Position numbers and translations under genes: made by a program
Assembly (NCBI GenBank): GCA_951406725.2
Contig: OX597819.1
Span: forward strand, 131,564,001-131,628,000
Direction: 5' to 3'
DNA: 64,000 bases
DNA from: Octopus vulgaris
Lineage: Eukaryota
The notes under the pieces: model-generated
Database searches by the model: none
Told to the model about the DNA's origin: nothing
Seen by the model: the letters and a program-made list of their open reading frames with translations, nothing else
In this document: one piece after another, positions 13,010-24,493 of the stretch
Layout of the letters: every line of letters begins with the position of its first letter
How positions within the stretch are numbered: position 1 is the stretch's first letter

Positions 13010-13545
13010 TCTTTTCTATTCTTAACAGATTCTGCTATGAGAACAAAGCCATCAACATATAGCAGGTCCCAAGGGCAGTCAGTCTAAAATTCCTCTGTTA
13101 TGGCCTGGAGGACAATGATGAATAGGAAAGGATTGAGAAGCAAGCTCTGGTGAATTCCTACATGTACTCTAAATTCCTTGCTGATTGCATGGTTAATACT
13201 CCCTCTATTGACAGCTTCTATGTCCATCCCTTGTATGGTTCCCTCAAGCCATTCATCGAATTCTAGCTTCCTCAGAGACCACCAGGTCAAACTGCACGAC
13301 AAATGGCTTACTTTTAACTGAATATTTCTCTTGCAGTTATCTTCCTAAGAAGATGGCATCAGTAGTACTTATCCTTAGTCCAAAACCAAACTGCATCTCA
13401 TCTACTTTAATTCTGTTCCTAATTAATTAGGCTAAAACACTTCACTGTAATTTTCACGACTTGGTCTAGCAATCTGATACCTCTGTAATCACTTCTCGTT
13501 AAGGCACCTCCTTCATCCTTGTAACAGTTGACTACAATGCTGTTA
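13010..13545 (-). mobile_element. RTE-clade LINE reverse transcriptase fragment, decayed
   Basis: EFRVHVGIHQ..LNPFLFIIVLQAITEEF followed by a degenerate LLY.D; upstream QFGF and STTDAIF remnants. Confidence 0.85.
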
Positions 13546-13850
13546 CACCACCATCATCATTATCAACAACAACAACATAGTTTAATGGCCATTTTTCCAT
13601 TCTAGCAGGGGTCAGATGGAATTTGAGGCAGATTTATTTTCTACAGTCAGGTACCTTTCCAATTGCTAAATCTCACCTGGAAACAAGGTGAGACAATATT
13701 TCCTCAAGGCTAGACATTTTTCAAGAAAGACTGGAAACGAATAACATCACTTGTATAACAGTGAGGCTCATTTACAATCATCATATGATGTCAAGACAAG
13801 AATACACACACACACACACACACACATTTACACAAACACATATACAAATA

Positions 13851-15035
13851 TGAGGACTGGCTGAAAAGTTCATACGTTGACCAAGATACTCTCATGGAAT
13901 GTGACCAAATGTGGTTTATTTTTCAACCACACACTTCATCCATTGATGTTGCAGTGCTTGGATCCTATTGATGAAGAAGCCTGTGGCTCAAAAAAAAGTC
14001 ATCAACAACAAATATGATATCATCATCATCATCATCATCATTATTATCACTGCGATACTGCTTCCCAGCCAAGTGTTTTTTCCAGTTGGGGGACATGATG
14101 GTCAGATGGGGGAAAATCATAAGAATAGGGAGGGTAGTTGACCAGTTCAAAGCCAGAGTACACATAGCAGCCATTGGAATCAAGGACTTGTATGCTGGAG
14201 CATTGTCCAGATGAAACAAGACCCCTTTTTTTAGTTTTCCTAGGGGTTTGTAACTGCCTGAGCAAGATGGTGTGGCCCTTTTGAAGATAGTCAATAAACA
14301 CAATGCCTTTTTGCACCCCAAAAACCTGAGGCCATCACCTTCCTTGCAGATGAAATGACCTTGGCCTTCTTTGGAGCAGGTGAGGAGGAGTGTTTCCCAC
14401 TGCATGGATTGTCTCAAAGTGATGAACCCAACACTGATGCTGGGTTAGGAAATGTTCAAGGATATCAGCTGGATCTGCCTCAGACAATGTCGGATTTCTC
14501 CAAGCAGAAACCTTTGTCATGCCAGGTTCCTTGTGCAGAATATTCTCAACTCTGTCAAGGGATATGCTAATAGCATTGGCTATTTGGTTTCTGGTCAATC
14601 ACCTGTCGTCCATCACCATGTGGTGAACATGATCAAGGTTTTCCTCGGTGGTGGCAGTTGCAGGATGTCCAGACATTGGGTCATCTTCAAAACACTCCCT
14701 TCATCTCCTAAATTCTGCTCCCCACTTTTGGACTGTTGATAAAGCTGGAGCATCATCCTCTAATGTAGCAACCATGTCAGCATGAATGCTATTGGGGGCT
14801 AAACCCCTTTTCTGCAGGTACTTGATAACATCATGATGCCAGATTTTGTCTATTTCCAAGAGAAGTCACTACCAGTTACTCTTGAAGTCTTTTTTGAACA
14901 GTCAGATGTCAGTTTTTCTGGAAAGAAACAATGCAGTAATTAATAAGAAGGGTTGAAATTAATGTATGTAAGATTTCATAGTACTTCTTAGTCACTCCTT
15001 CATAGTCAGCCTATGAACTTTTAAGCCCACCCTTG
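13851..15035 (-). mobile_element. Decayed mariner, irritans (Himar1-like) subfamily
   Basis: TA-flanked TIRs (GGCTGAAAAGTTCATA/TATGAACTTTTAAGCC); fragments KGIVFIDYLQKGHTI, KKGVLFHLDNAPAYKS and YPPYSYDFPPSD. Confidence 0.9.
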
Positions 15036-16306
15036 TATTTCTATGGGTCCTTTATCCCAGTTGGAGTTAAGACACTTGCTTTAAGCAGAGCACTTGTTGT
15101 ATGTACATATTATATGATCTTCAATATTTCCTTACCAATTATTTCATTAAATGGCGTTGTCTGCTACAATCTAGGTGTGTGCTTTTCTGCACCAAGTGCC
15201 CATATGACAGGTTCTGTCAACGCTACTAATGCAATATTTGGTGTTCTAACAAATCATCCATTTCAGGTTGGATATGAAGATCACCTTTTCGTATTAATAT
15301 TGCTCTCATCACTAATAAGACACACACACACACACATTGCTTTTTATATGCGATATAAATTTGGAATTTCTGTAATTAATTTAAAAACTCTCTGAATAAA
15401 TCATAATATTTCTTAAATACATCATTTTTCAAAGAATCAACAAAGGACATCTCTTTGGTAATAATTGTTGTTTGCTATTATTACAAACTTCTGAAGCAAT
15501 TCACTAATAACACTTTAAGGTTATTGCTTTTTTTCAAAAAAAACAACAACATATTTATAAATATTCTTTGCATAAATATAAGATTGTAAGAAACCAGTTT
15601 ATATCTGCGTACAAAGATCTGATAAAATGTCATCTCATTTATTTGTTGTGAGAAAGACCATTAGTGAGTAATTAATTCAAAGAGAAATTAAAGAAAGCCA
15701 ATTACAGATTTTGACGATAGTCATACTGTCAATTAATCATAAGACATCAGTGAGAAAATGTATTGCTTTGATACTAATGTAACTGAATATGAAATACCAA
15801 TTACAATTGGTACAGGATTTCCCAATAACTTCACTTTATGTCTTTATCTCCAGAAAACTCCATTTTGATACAATCAACCAAACGACTGCCGTATTCTTAC
15901 CTTTTTCCTTCTTATCAGTAAAAATAGCTCTAATTAGATATCATTTCTCTCAGTATCTTTCTTTTATCTTTTACTGGTTTCAGTTGGAGGCTGAGGCCAT
16001 GCTGGGGCACAGCTTCAGTATCTACACTTTTTAACTTTTACTAGTTTCAGTATTTTAAATGTGACCATGCTGGTGCACTTGGCTCGAAGGGTTTTTAGTC
16101 AAACAAATTAACCCAATATTTATTATTTTTTTTTAAAGACTGGAATTTATTCTATCAGTCTCTTTTGCCAAACTGCTAAGTTATGGGGAAAGGGGAACAA
16201 ACACATATACATGACGGGCTTCCAAAGTTTCTGTCTACCAAATTCACTCACAACACACAGGCGGACTTCATTATGACCAAAGTAGCATCAAAACTATAGT
16301 CTACAG

Positions 16307-16568
16307 CAGTGGTTCCCAAACTTTTTCAGGCTGCTGCCCCTTTGACACCTAGCGCCCCCACGCCAATTAACCATCACAAACATAGACCTCTTTCTAAAGC
16401 AAATTCAAAGCAACTGTATTTCACAAATAAAACTTAGTGAACCCATTACTTTGTCATTTTTCCATCAATCACCACCCATTTATTGCCCCCCCACTTTTCT
16501 TGAACACCTACGTCGAACTTTCCCCTGCACCCCCAGGGAGGCAATACTGCCCACTTTGAGAATCAATG
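16307..16568. mobile_element. hAT-type MITE
   Basis: CAGTGGTTCCCAAACT...CTTTGAGAATCAATG termini. Confidence 0.7.
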
Positions 16569-16747
16569 CCCTGCAGGAACCATACATCTGTATGTGTGTA
16601 TAATTCCATTCATGAAGAGAAATGTAAATACAATCCTCTTCATGAATGGAACTTTTGAACTATAATCATGGAGCACTAAACATTGGTTAAATGTTACGTT
16701 CTACATGTTGCACTTTACACACGTAAATATATATAACATCATCATCA

Positions 16748-16784
<37 letters not shown>

Positions 16785-16872
16785 CACATATATATATATA
16801 TAATAAATGTATGTGTGTGTATATATATAAATATATATACATATATACATGTAATATATATATATATATATA

Positions 16873-17135
16873 TGGCGTTAGGAAGGGCATCCAGCTGTAG
16901 AAACATTGCCATATCAGACTGGGCCTGATGCAGCCTTCTGGCTTCACAGACCCCAGTTGAACCGTCCAACCCATGCTAGCATGGAAAGCGGACGCTAAAT
17001 GATGATGATGATATATATATACATATATATATCATCATCATCATCATCATCATCGTTTAGCGTCCACTTTCCATGCTAGCATGGGTTGGACGGTTCAACT
17101 GGGGTCTAGAAAGCCAGAAGGCTGCACCAGGCCCA
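16873..17135. mobile_element. Tail-to-tail inverted pair of family C 3' ends
   Basis: 16920-17010 is the reverse complement of about 17050-17135, joined by (GAT)n(AT)n(ATC)n. Confidence 0.9.
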
Positions 17136-17593
17136 AATATAAATATATATATACACATACATATATAGGCACACATGCATACATATATACGCACACACAC
17201 ATATACATGTGTGTGTGTGTGTGCGTGTGCCTGTTTCAGAGTTGCACAAGTGTAGCAAGTGACTTAATCCGAGCTCTTGTGTTTAACCTAAAACCAACCC
17301 ATCCAGAAAGTGTTGCATTAACCATTTAAAAACAGACAAAATGCGTAAACGTTCTCTTTCGTTTGTATGATAGAAGCAGTATCATATAATTCTGTCTGAA
17401 ACTAGTTCTTTACAGAAGAACAACAACAAAATGCTATCACTTATAAAAACACTCTCCCATGTATTATAAGAGTGAACAAACACAAGAGAAGTGGATGTAA
17501 AAATGTTTGTAACATGATTCCTTCACAATGGAACTTGGTGCATCTACACACACACAGTCACAGATGCTCATATACACACTTACACATGAACAT

Positions 17594-17975
17594 TTTCTTC
17601 TATTTGTTTCAGTCATTTGACTGCGGCCATGCTGGAGCACCGCCTTTTAGTTGAGCAAATCGACCCTTGGACTTATTCTTTGTAAGCCTAGTACTTACTC
17701 TATCGGTCTCTCTTGCCGAACCGCCAAGTTACGGGGATGTAAACACACCAGCATCGGATGTCAAGCGATGGTGAGGGGACAAACACAGACACACAAACAT
17801 ATACATACACACACACATATATATACCTCTTCCGATGATGGGCTTCTTTCAGTTTCCATCTACCAAATACACTCACAAGGCTTGCCAAAGACACTTGCCC
17901 AAGGTGCCATGTAGTGAGACTGAACCCAGAACCATGTGATTGGCAAGCAAGCTACTTACCACACAGCCACTCCTG
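17594..17975 (-). mobile_element. SINE family A
   Basis: Reverse complement of 852-1245 with a small internal deletion. Confidence 0.9.
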
Positions 17976-18415
17976 CATCTATATAAGCACTTCCATGAAT
18001 ATATATGTATCAACATTTCACATCCATTTTCCATGCTGGCATGGGTTAGACAGCTTGACCAGAGCTGGCAAGCTACATCAGATTCCAGTCTGTTTCGTTT
18101 GGTTTCTATGGCCGGATGCCCTTCCTAATGCCTACCACTTTACAGAGTGGCAATTTAATGTAGACCAGCATGGGTGTATTTTCATTCTCATCACCCATGC
18201 TTGCCTGGATCAGGTGGAACTTGTTGATGTAGATTTTGTATAGCTTGATGCCCTTCTTGTTACCATCCCTCACACACAAACACACATATCCATCTGTCTC
18301 TGTTTCTCTCTTCCGCTGTGCTCTTGCTCACTAGGGTCGGAGGTCATCTCAGGTAAGCAGTCCCAGAGGCGTCATTGTGCATACAGCCAACTAAGCTTTC
18401 CATACATGTGTGTGT

Positions 18416-18453
<38 letters not shown>

Positions 18454-18467
18454 ATATATATATATAT

Positions 18468-19010
18468 ATGGAGGCAAAGAGGCTGAGCTACTTTCGAGTG
18501 TTAGGCCCCATGGAGGCGATGACCAAGACCTTTGTCATTATGTCATACTTGAGAAGAAGACCCATGAAGCTGAGCATAATCGCAGTCAGGGTAGATACCG
18601 GTATCACGCAAATGGCACCCATGCTGGTGGCACGTAAAAGCACCCATTACACTCTCGGTGTGGTTGGCGTTAGGAAGGGCATCTAGCCATAGAAGACCAT
18701 GCCAAATCAGACTGGAGCCTGCCAGCATGCCAGCCCAGTCAAACCGTCCAACCCGTGCCTGCATGGACAACAGATGTTAAATTAAGATGATGATGATGAT
18801 GATGATGTGTGTGTGTGTGTGTGTGTTTGCTGGTTCCACATAAAAAGCACTGATGATAGTGGTACGTAAAAAGCACCCAGTACATTCTATAAATTGGTTG
18901 GCATTATGAAGGGCATCCAGCCACAGAAGCCATGCCAAAACAATGGAGCCTGGTGCATCCCCTGTCAAACTATCAAGACCATGCTAGCATGGGAAATGGA
19001 TGTTAACTTC
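18468..19010 (+). mobile_element. Two family C retroposon copies
   Basis: GGTTGGCGTTAGGAAGGGCATC motif twice; (GAT)n tail at about 18787-18806. Confidence 0.85.
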
Positions 19011-19104
19011 CTCCTCATCCATCACCCTCTTGTACTGTCTTATATTCCTCCCCACCACTACAAACTCAGTACCACTATAGAATGGTCAGAACTCTTCACA
19101 TAGG

Positions 19105-19166
19105 AACTTAGTTTGATTTGAAAACCCCACTAGAATGGGAGAAAGCGCTAATACATGATCTAAGTT
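19105..19166 (+). ncRNA. Variant or decayed minimal hammerhead fold (U3-A8 core)
   Basis: TTGAAAA core, stem II CCCA/TGGG, GAAAGCGCTA with palindromic AGCGCT, bulged stem I closed by AACTTAG/CTAAGTT. Confidence 0.4.
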
Positions 19167-19294
19167 ATATGATGTATAAAAAATGGAATATACAAATAAA
19201 TATCTGTAAATATAAACCATCCGATTTTCTGAGTACCTCATTTCTTCTACTATAAAATACCTGTACACCATCTCCAAACCGTCCAATATATATA

Positions 19295-19326
<32 letters not shown>

Positions 19327-20214
19327 ACATCATCCTGTAATGCACCAGGACACATCATCAACAATGGCTCTGGGGTGGTATTAGGTATTTTGGGTCTTTC
19401 AACCTCAGACACCCTTACCGAGGTGACCCAATCGAAGCTGATCGATTCCCACCCCTTATATCCAGTTAACACTGACCCTTGGTAGCTTTGCCCCTTCCAG
19501 ATTGGAAAAATCCTACAGTTCTAACCACCCAAGCAAATGTGTGGCTAAATGTAAATTAAAAATGGAGAGAGTAGTGACTGGGGTGGAGGATGTATATTGT
19601 ACAACTAAATCTGGCCTTGCCTATTTATATCTGTTCAGTCACACCATCTTTACTACTTTTCATCCCTCCTCTGGCATTAACTCTTCCACTTCTCTTTTAC
19701 TCCATCATCTCCCACTATCACTCTGTTTAACCTCCTATACTCTTCCTCCCCCCTACACCCATCCTCCCTTTCAACTTATTTAATCTTCTGAAACTACATT
19801 CTCTTCTGTAGTGGTCCAGTTGCCCTGAATAAACAGAGCCAAATAGAGCAGAGAAGGTGCCCAGAACAAGGCAATGTTACAAGTGCTGGTGAATCCACTC
19901 CAGATGGCTGAGGGAGGAACGGATAACCTCTATAGTGCTACCACTCAGCCCGTGGTTAATGAACATGTAAAGACCTCGTAGGAGTGAGACAACTAATTTC
20001 TTTTTCTTGTCAAAGACAGGACAACCTCTCTTGTGCTGCAGTGATATGCACCTAATGCACTCTGTAAAGTGGGCACCCAGCCATAGAAACCCTACCAAAA
20101 TGAGACAGACAAGTGAGTGTGATCCCTTGACAACACTTAGGGAGGCATTAAACTGTGTTTGACTTATCCAACCATTATGAAAAGCAGATCGAAGACAAGG
20201 ATGATGAGGATATG

Positions 20215-21298
20215 CAGGGGTTGGACAAAATAATGGAAACACCTAGCATCATAATGTTGAAATATCTGTAAAACTGTCAAAAGCTTGTTTATTTTTGTTT
20301 TTTGATTTATTATTAGTGTTGCTTAATATGTTTTGCCAAAATTGCTTTTTTTTTCAGATATCAGAAAAAGGTAATTAAAATTCATTCAAATGACAGATCT
20401 ATTGGACTTTCAGAGAGGTGATAGCATACTGAAAACAGCCGAAATGTTTGGTGTATCAAGAAGTACTGGCTCGAAAGTAACAACAGCCTTTGAGAAAGAG
20501 GGAAAAACCTCCTCATTGAAACCAAACTCCAGAAGAAAACCAAAACTTTCAGATAGGGACTGTCGGACTCTTCTGTGAATTGTTAGAAAGGATCACAAAA
20601 GTAGAGCTCCCAAAATTACTGCAGAGCTTAATGACCACCTAAAGAACCCAGTTTCCACAAAAGCTGTTTGCCAGGAGCAGCACAAAGCTGGATTTTATGG
20701 GAGGGCTGCAATCAGAAAACCACTACTTTCAAAAACAAACGTTGCAAAGCATTTAGAGTGGAGTTAAAACACGGAGGAGGATCTGTGATAATACGGGTGG
20801 CTATATCTTGGCAGTCCGCTGGCCCAGGGGTTTCCCTTCATGGCAGAATTAATAGTCAAGACTATTTAAGCATTTTATCTGATAGAATTCTTCCTATGAT
20901 TGCAGAACTGTTTCTGGAGGGAAACGCAATCTTTCAGGATGTTAATGCACCAATTCACACAGCTAAGGTTGTTACTGAATGGCACAAGGAACATTCTAGT
21001 GAAGTTGAACATCCTATCTGGCCACCACAGTCCCCAGATCTCAATATTATTGAACATTTATGGTGCATTTTAGAAAAACAAGTAAGGAGTCGATATCCTC
21101 CACCATCATCACTACAAGAACTGGAGACTGTTTTAGCTGAAGAATGGACAAAAATTCCTTTGGAAACAATTCAAACTGTGTATGAGTTCATACCTCATAG
21201 AATTCAAGCTGTAATTACTACCAAAGCTGGTCCTACCCCATATGAAAATAAATTTGCTTGAAATTTTAAGGTGTTTCCATTACTTTGTTTAATCCCTG
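20215..21298 (+). mobile_element. Tc1 (DD34E) transposon, internally deleted and decayed
   Basis: TIRs CAGGGGTTGGACAAAATAATGGAAACACCT / AGGTGTTTCCATTACTTTGTTTAATCCCTG; motifs KHGGGSV, FQDVNAPIH and WPPQSPDLNIIEHLW; first catalytic D region missing. Confidence 0.93.
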
Positions 21299-22189
21299 TA
21301 TATGTATATATGCTGGTGTCTTGTATAAAGTATTGGAGCCACGTAAAAAGCACCTGTGCTAGTGCTACATGTAAAGCACCCAGTACACTCTGTAAATTTG
21401 TTGGTGTTAGGAAGGGCATCCAGCTGTAGAAAACAGACAATTGGACCCTGGTGCAGCTCTCCAGCCTTGCCAGCTCCTGTCAAACCGTCCAACCCATACT
21501 AGCAGGGAAAACAGACACTGAATGATGATGATGATGATAATGATATGAGCCTGCGTGAGTTGCAAGAATGAGAATCTTCAAATAGCAAGTTTATATAAGC
21601 CATCTATTGTCCACCCACCAAGGAATATGGCTTGGTAGCACGAATAATGCTTTCACTAATTGTCTTAGTGATGAGCAGATACAGGCAGCTGCTCAATTCT
21701 CCTTTAATTTTGTGGCACATCCAGAAGGGGACAGCTGGAGATGGCTGCACCGACATTTACCAGTTAAGCAGGCTGGAGTAAAGTGAAATGAAGAAACTTG
21801 TTGAAGGACACAACACACCTCTCTGGTTTGGAGATTAAACTCTTGACATTACGATTGTGAGCCAACAAAGGCATATATCTATAACCACCTCCATAGACAC
21901 CTGTATGTAGAAGTGCAGGTGTGGCAAGAAGTTTCCTCTTTGCAGGCCCCGACCTGTCGATGCAGAGTTGTCTGCAGGCGGCAGGTAACTTACTTTGGGG
22001 GACCTCACAAAGAGAATTGTAAGAAAATTTGATATCATTGTAAAGAAACTTTGTATTCGAGGGTTTGTCGGTTGGTGGGCGCCAACATCCCTCCCATCTG
22101 CATTATTTCGTCTCATCCTGTCTATGTCCAGCCCACTTGCTTCTATCTATGTACTGCCCTCGTGGCAAATTTTATAAAATAAAGAAGTT

Positions 22190-22770
22190 TGATTGGCAAA
22201 CTGGCAGACACGTTAACACACCGGGCGAAAGGCTTAGCGGTATTTTGTCTGTCGTTACGTTCTGAGTTCAAATTCCGCCGAGGTCGACTTTGCCTTTCAT
22301 CCTTTCAGGGTCGATAAATTAAGTACCAGTTACGCACTGAGGTCGATATAATTGACTTAATCCCTTTGTCCCCTCTCTGTTTAGCCCCTTCTGGGCAATA
22401 AAGAAATAAGTTTGATTCCCAACCACATGATTCCAGGTTCAGTCCTACTGCATGGTACCTTGGGCAAGTGTCTTCTACTATAGCTTTGGGCCAACCAAAG
22501 TCTTGGGAGTGAATTTGGTAGATGGAAACTGGAAGAAGCCTGTGACATATATATATGTCTCTGTTTATTCTCCCCCACTACCACTTGATGACCAGTGTTG
22601 GTGTTTATGTCCGTGCAACATAGCAGTTTGGCAACAGAGACTGATATAATAAGTACCAGTTTAAAAGAAAAAGTACTGAAGTATTGGGGGTCATTTCATT
22701 TGACTAAAAATTCTTTAAGATGGTGCCCCAGCATGGTCGCAGTCTAATGAGCGAAACAAAAGACAAAAGG
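22190..22770 (+). mobile_element. SINE family B followed by SINE family A
   Basis: Both consensus bodies recognisable; junction at about 22410. Confidence 0.85.
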
Positions 22771-23729
22771 TGTGTGTGTGACAGAATGTGTGTAAAGATG
22801 TGAGGGTTCTAGACAGGATTTAAATGGTAGTTTGTCAATTTTGTTGAGGAAAGGAAGCTTTCAGTTTATTATTAGCCGTCTTGAAATATAAGCTTGGGTT
22901 ATTTCAGTTGGCACAGGTCTTAGAATTAGGGTTAGTTGGGCGTGGTGAGGTTGGCAGCCAGTAAAAGGATAGAAGTGGTTATAGGGTTATTAACGGAATC
23001 GAAATTGGTTGGAAGCGAGAGCAAATGTGAACACGACTTCACTAGAGATAAGAATAATATCTTTTTAATATAAGGGAATGCTGGATAGTGTATTAAATTG
23101 ACGAATTACTGGTATTTAATTGACCTTGGAATGAAAGTCAAAGAGGAATCCAACGGGATTTGACAGAAGAATGTCAAGTGGCAGACATTCGGATTAGATT
23201 TATAGAAATATTAAAAGAGTATGCGATGTTATGACTAGAAATAAAAACCGAAGTGGGGGGTAAATTAGGTGCCGTTTAAGAGAGAAGTGGCAGGGGACAT
23301 CGTGGCATTTATGCCTTTCCCAATTGTAATGTTTATTGCTTTTCACCAAAAATAAGGCTAATTCTTCGTAAGAATACGATATAATTGATTGAAGAGATCG
23401 AACAGAACTAATAAAACAGATCTTGGAGGTTCGAAAAGTAACGTCGGTTGGGCGGGATTTGAACGCAGAAACAACGAGTTCCCAGGCGAAAACAGCAAAA
23501 TATTTTGTCAAGTTGTAATTTACAGGAATAGATAAAGAGAAAAACATGAAAGATTCTAAAAAAAACTACGGAAAATTGTCTCGCTAAAACGGTGTACCAT
23601 TTTTATATGACACTGGCTTCGAAATATTTGCTAAAATACCTTAATTGTTATGTTTTATCGGTGATTTTTGGAATGTCAGAAGGTTTATTAATGTTTACAT
23701 GTTGGCAGCAATTATTGGCAAAATAATCG

Positions 23730-23740
23730 TTTGGCGCCAA
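23730..23740. promoter_or_regulatory. E2F-like palindromic site
   Basis: TTTGGCGCCAA inside the CpG-retaining region. Confidence 0.35.
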
Positions 23741-24471
23741 GCACCTAGCTCAAAATTATCAAATTCAACCAAAATATAGAAACTTTTTTTGGTTTTATTA
23801 TTTAAGACAATGAATTAAATTATCTTGACATATCATTGTTTTTATAATTTGCTATTGTAATTCTTGCAGCAGTAATTATCTGGGAATTCCGAATGTGGTG
23901 ACCTTTAAAGTCGCCACCAAATAACCAAACTCGGTAAAATTTAATATTTTATTAAACAAAAATGAAAATCTGAATTCTTTTAAAATGCATAAAAAATAAA
24001 AAGTTACGAGCAGAAGGAGTTCCAGAACTGAAAATAAATAAGAGCAGTGGAAACGGTAAAAATATCTAAAGACACTTTGCTTAAGTAGCTTTAGGGTTTA
24101 ATTACAGACATAGGAAATAGTATTACATAATATTATTATTTAGTGAATTATTAGGTTTTTTTTTTCCAACGAACATCATCGAAAAATTTAGGTTTTACCA
24201 GAATTTAGGTCTTGGAGATAATTTTACGTCTACCAGTTTTGTTTCTCCCTCAACAGTCACAAGTTCTTCACGGAGAAGTTTAACTTTTTTTAATTAAATG
24301 ACCAGAAAGTAATGAAGTTAATCCATCAGCTTTATCAAAAAATATAGCAAACTGCTCGTAATTCATGACTGAAATTAGGTGTAGTGTTGTGAAGCTTCCC
24401 AAGAAATTTAATAAAGGTAATAATATTGATAAGAGAGAGAGAGTATGTTGCGGTGGTCGATGTCTGTGAAA

Positions 24472-24493
24472 GCCATTTTCTCTCACTTCCGGC
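24472..24493 (-). promoter_or_regulatory. ETS plus YY1-like motif pair, candidate TSS region
   Basis: Minus strand GCCGGAAGTG followed by AAAATGGC in a TE-poor, CpG-retaining zone. Confidence 0.5.

Noticed and set aside
17350-17420. GAAACTAGTT with an upstream stem as a possible hammerhead
   Set aside because: No usable CUGANGA box and weak stem I
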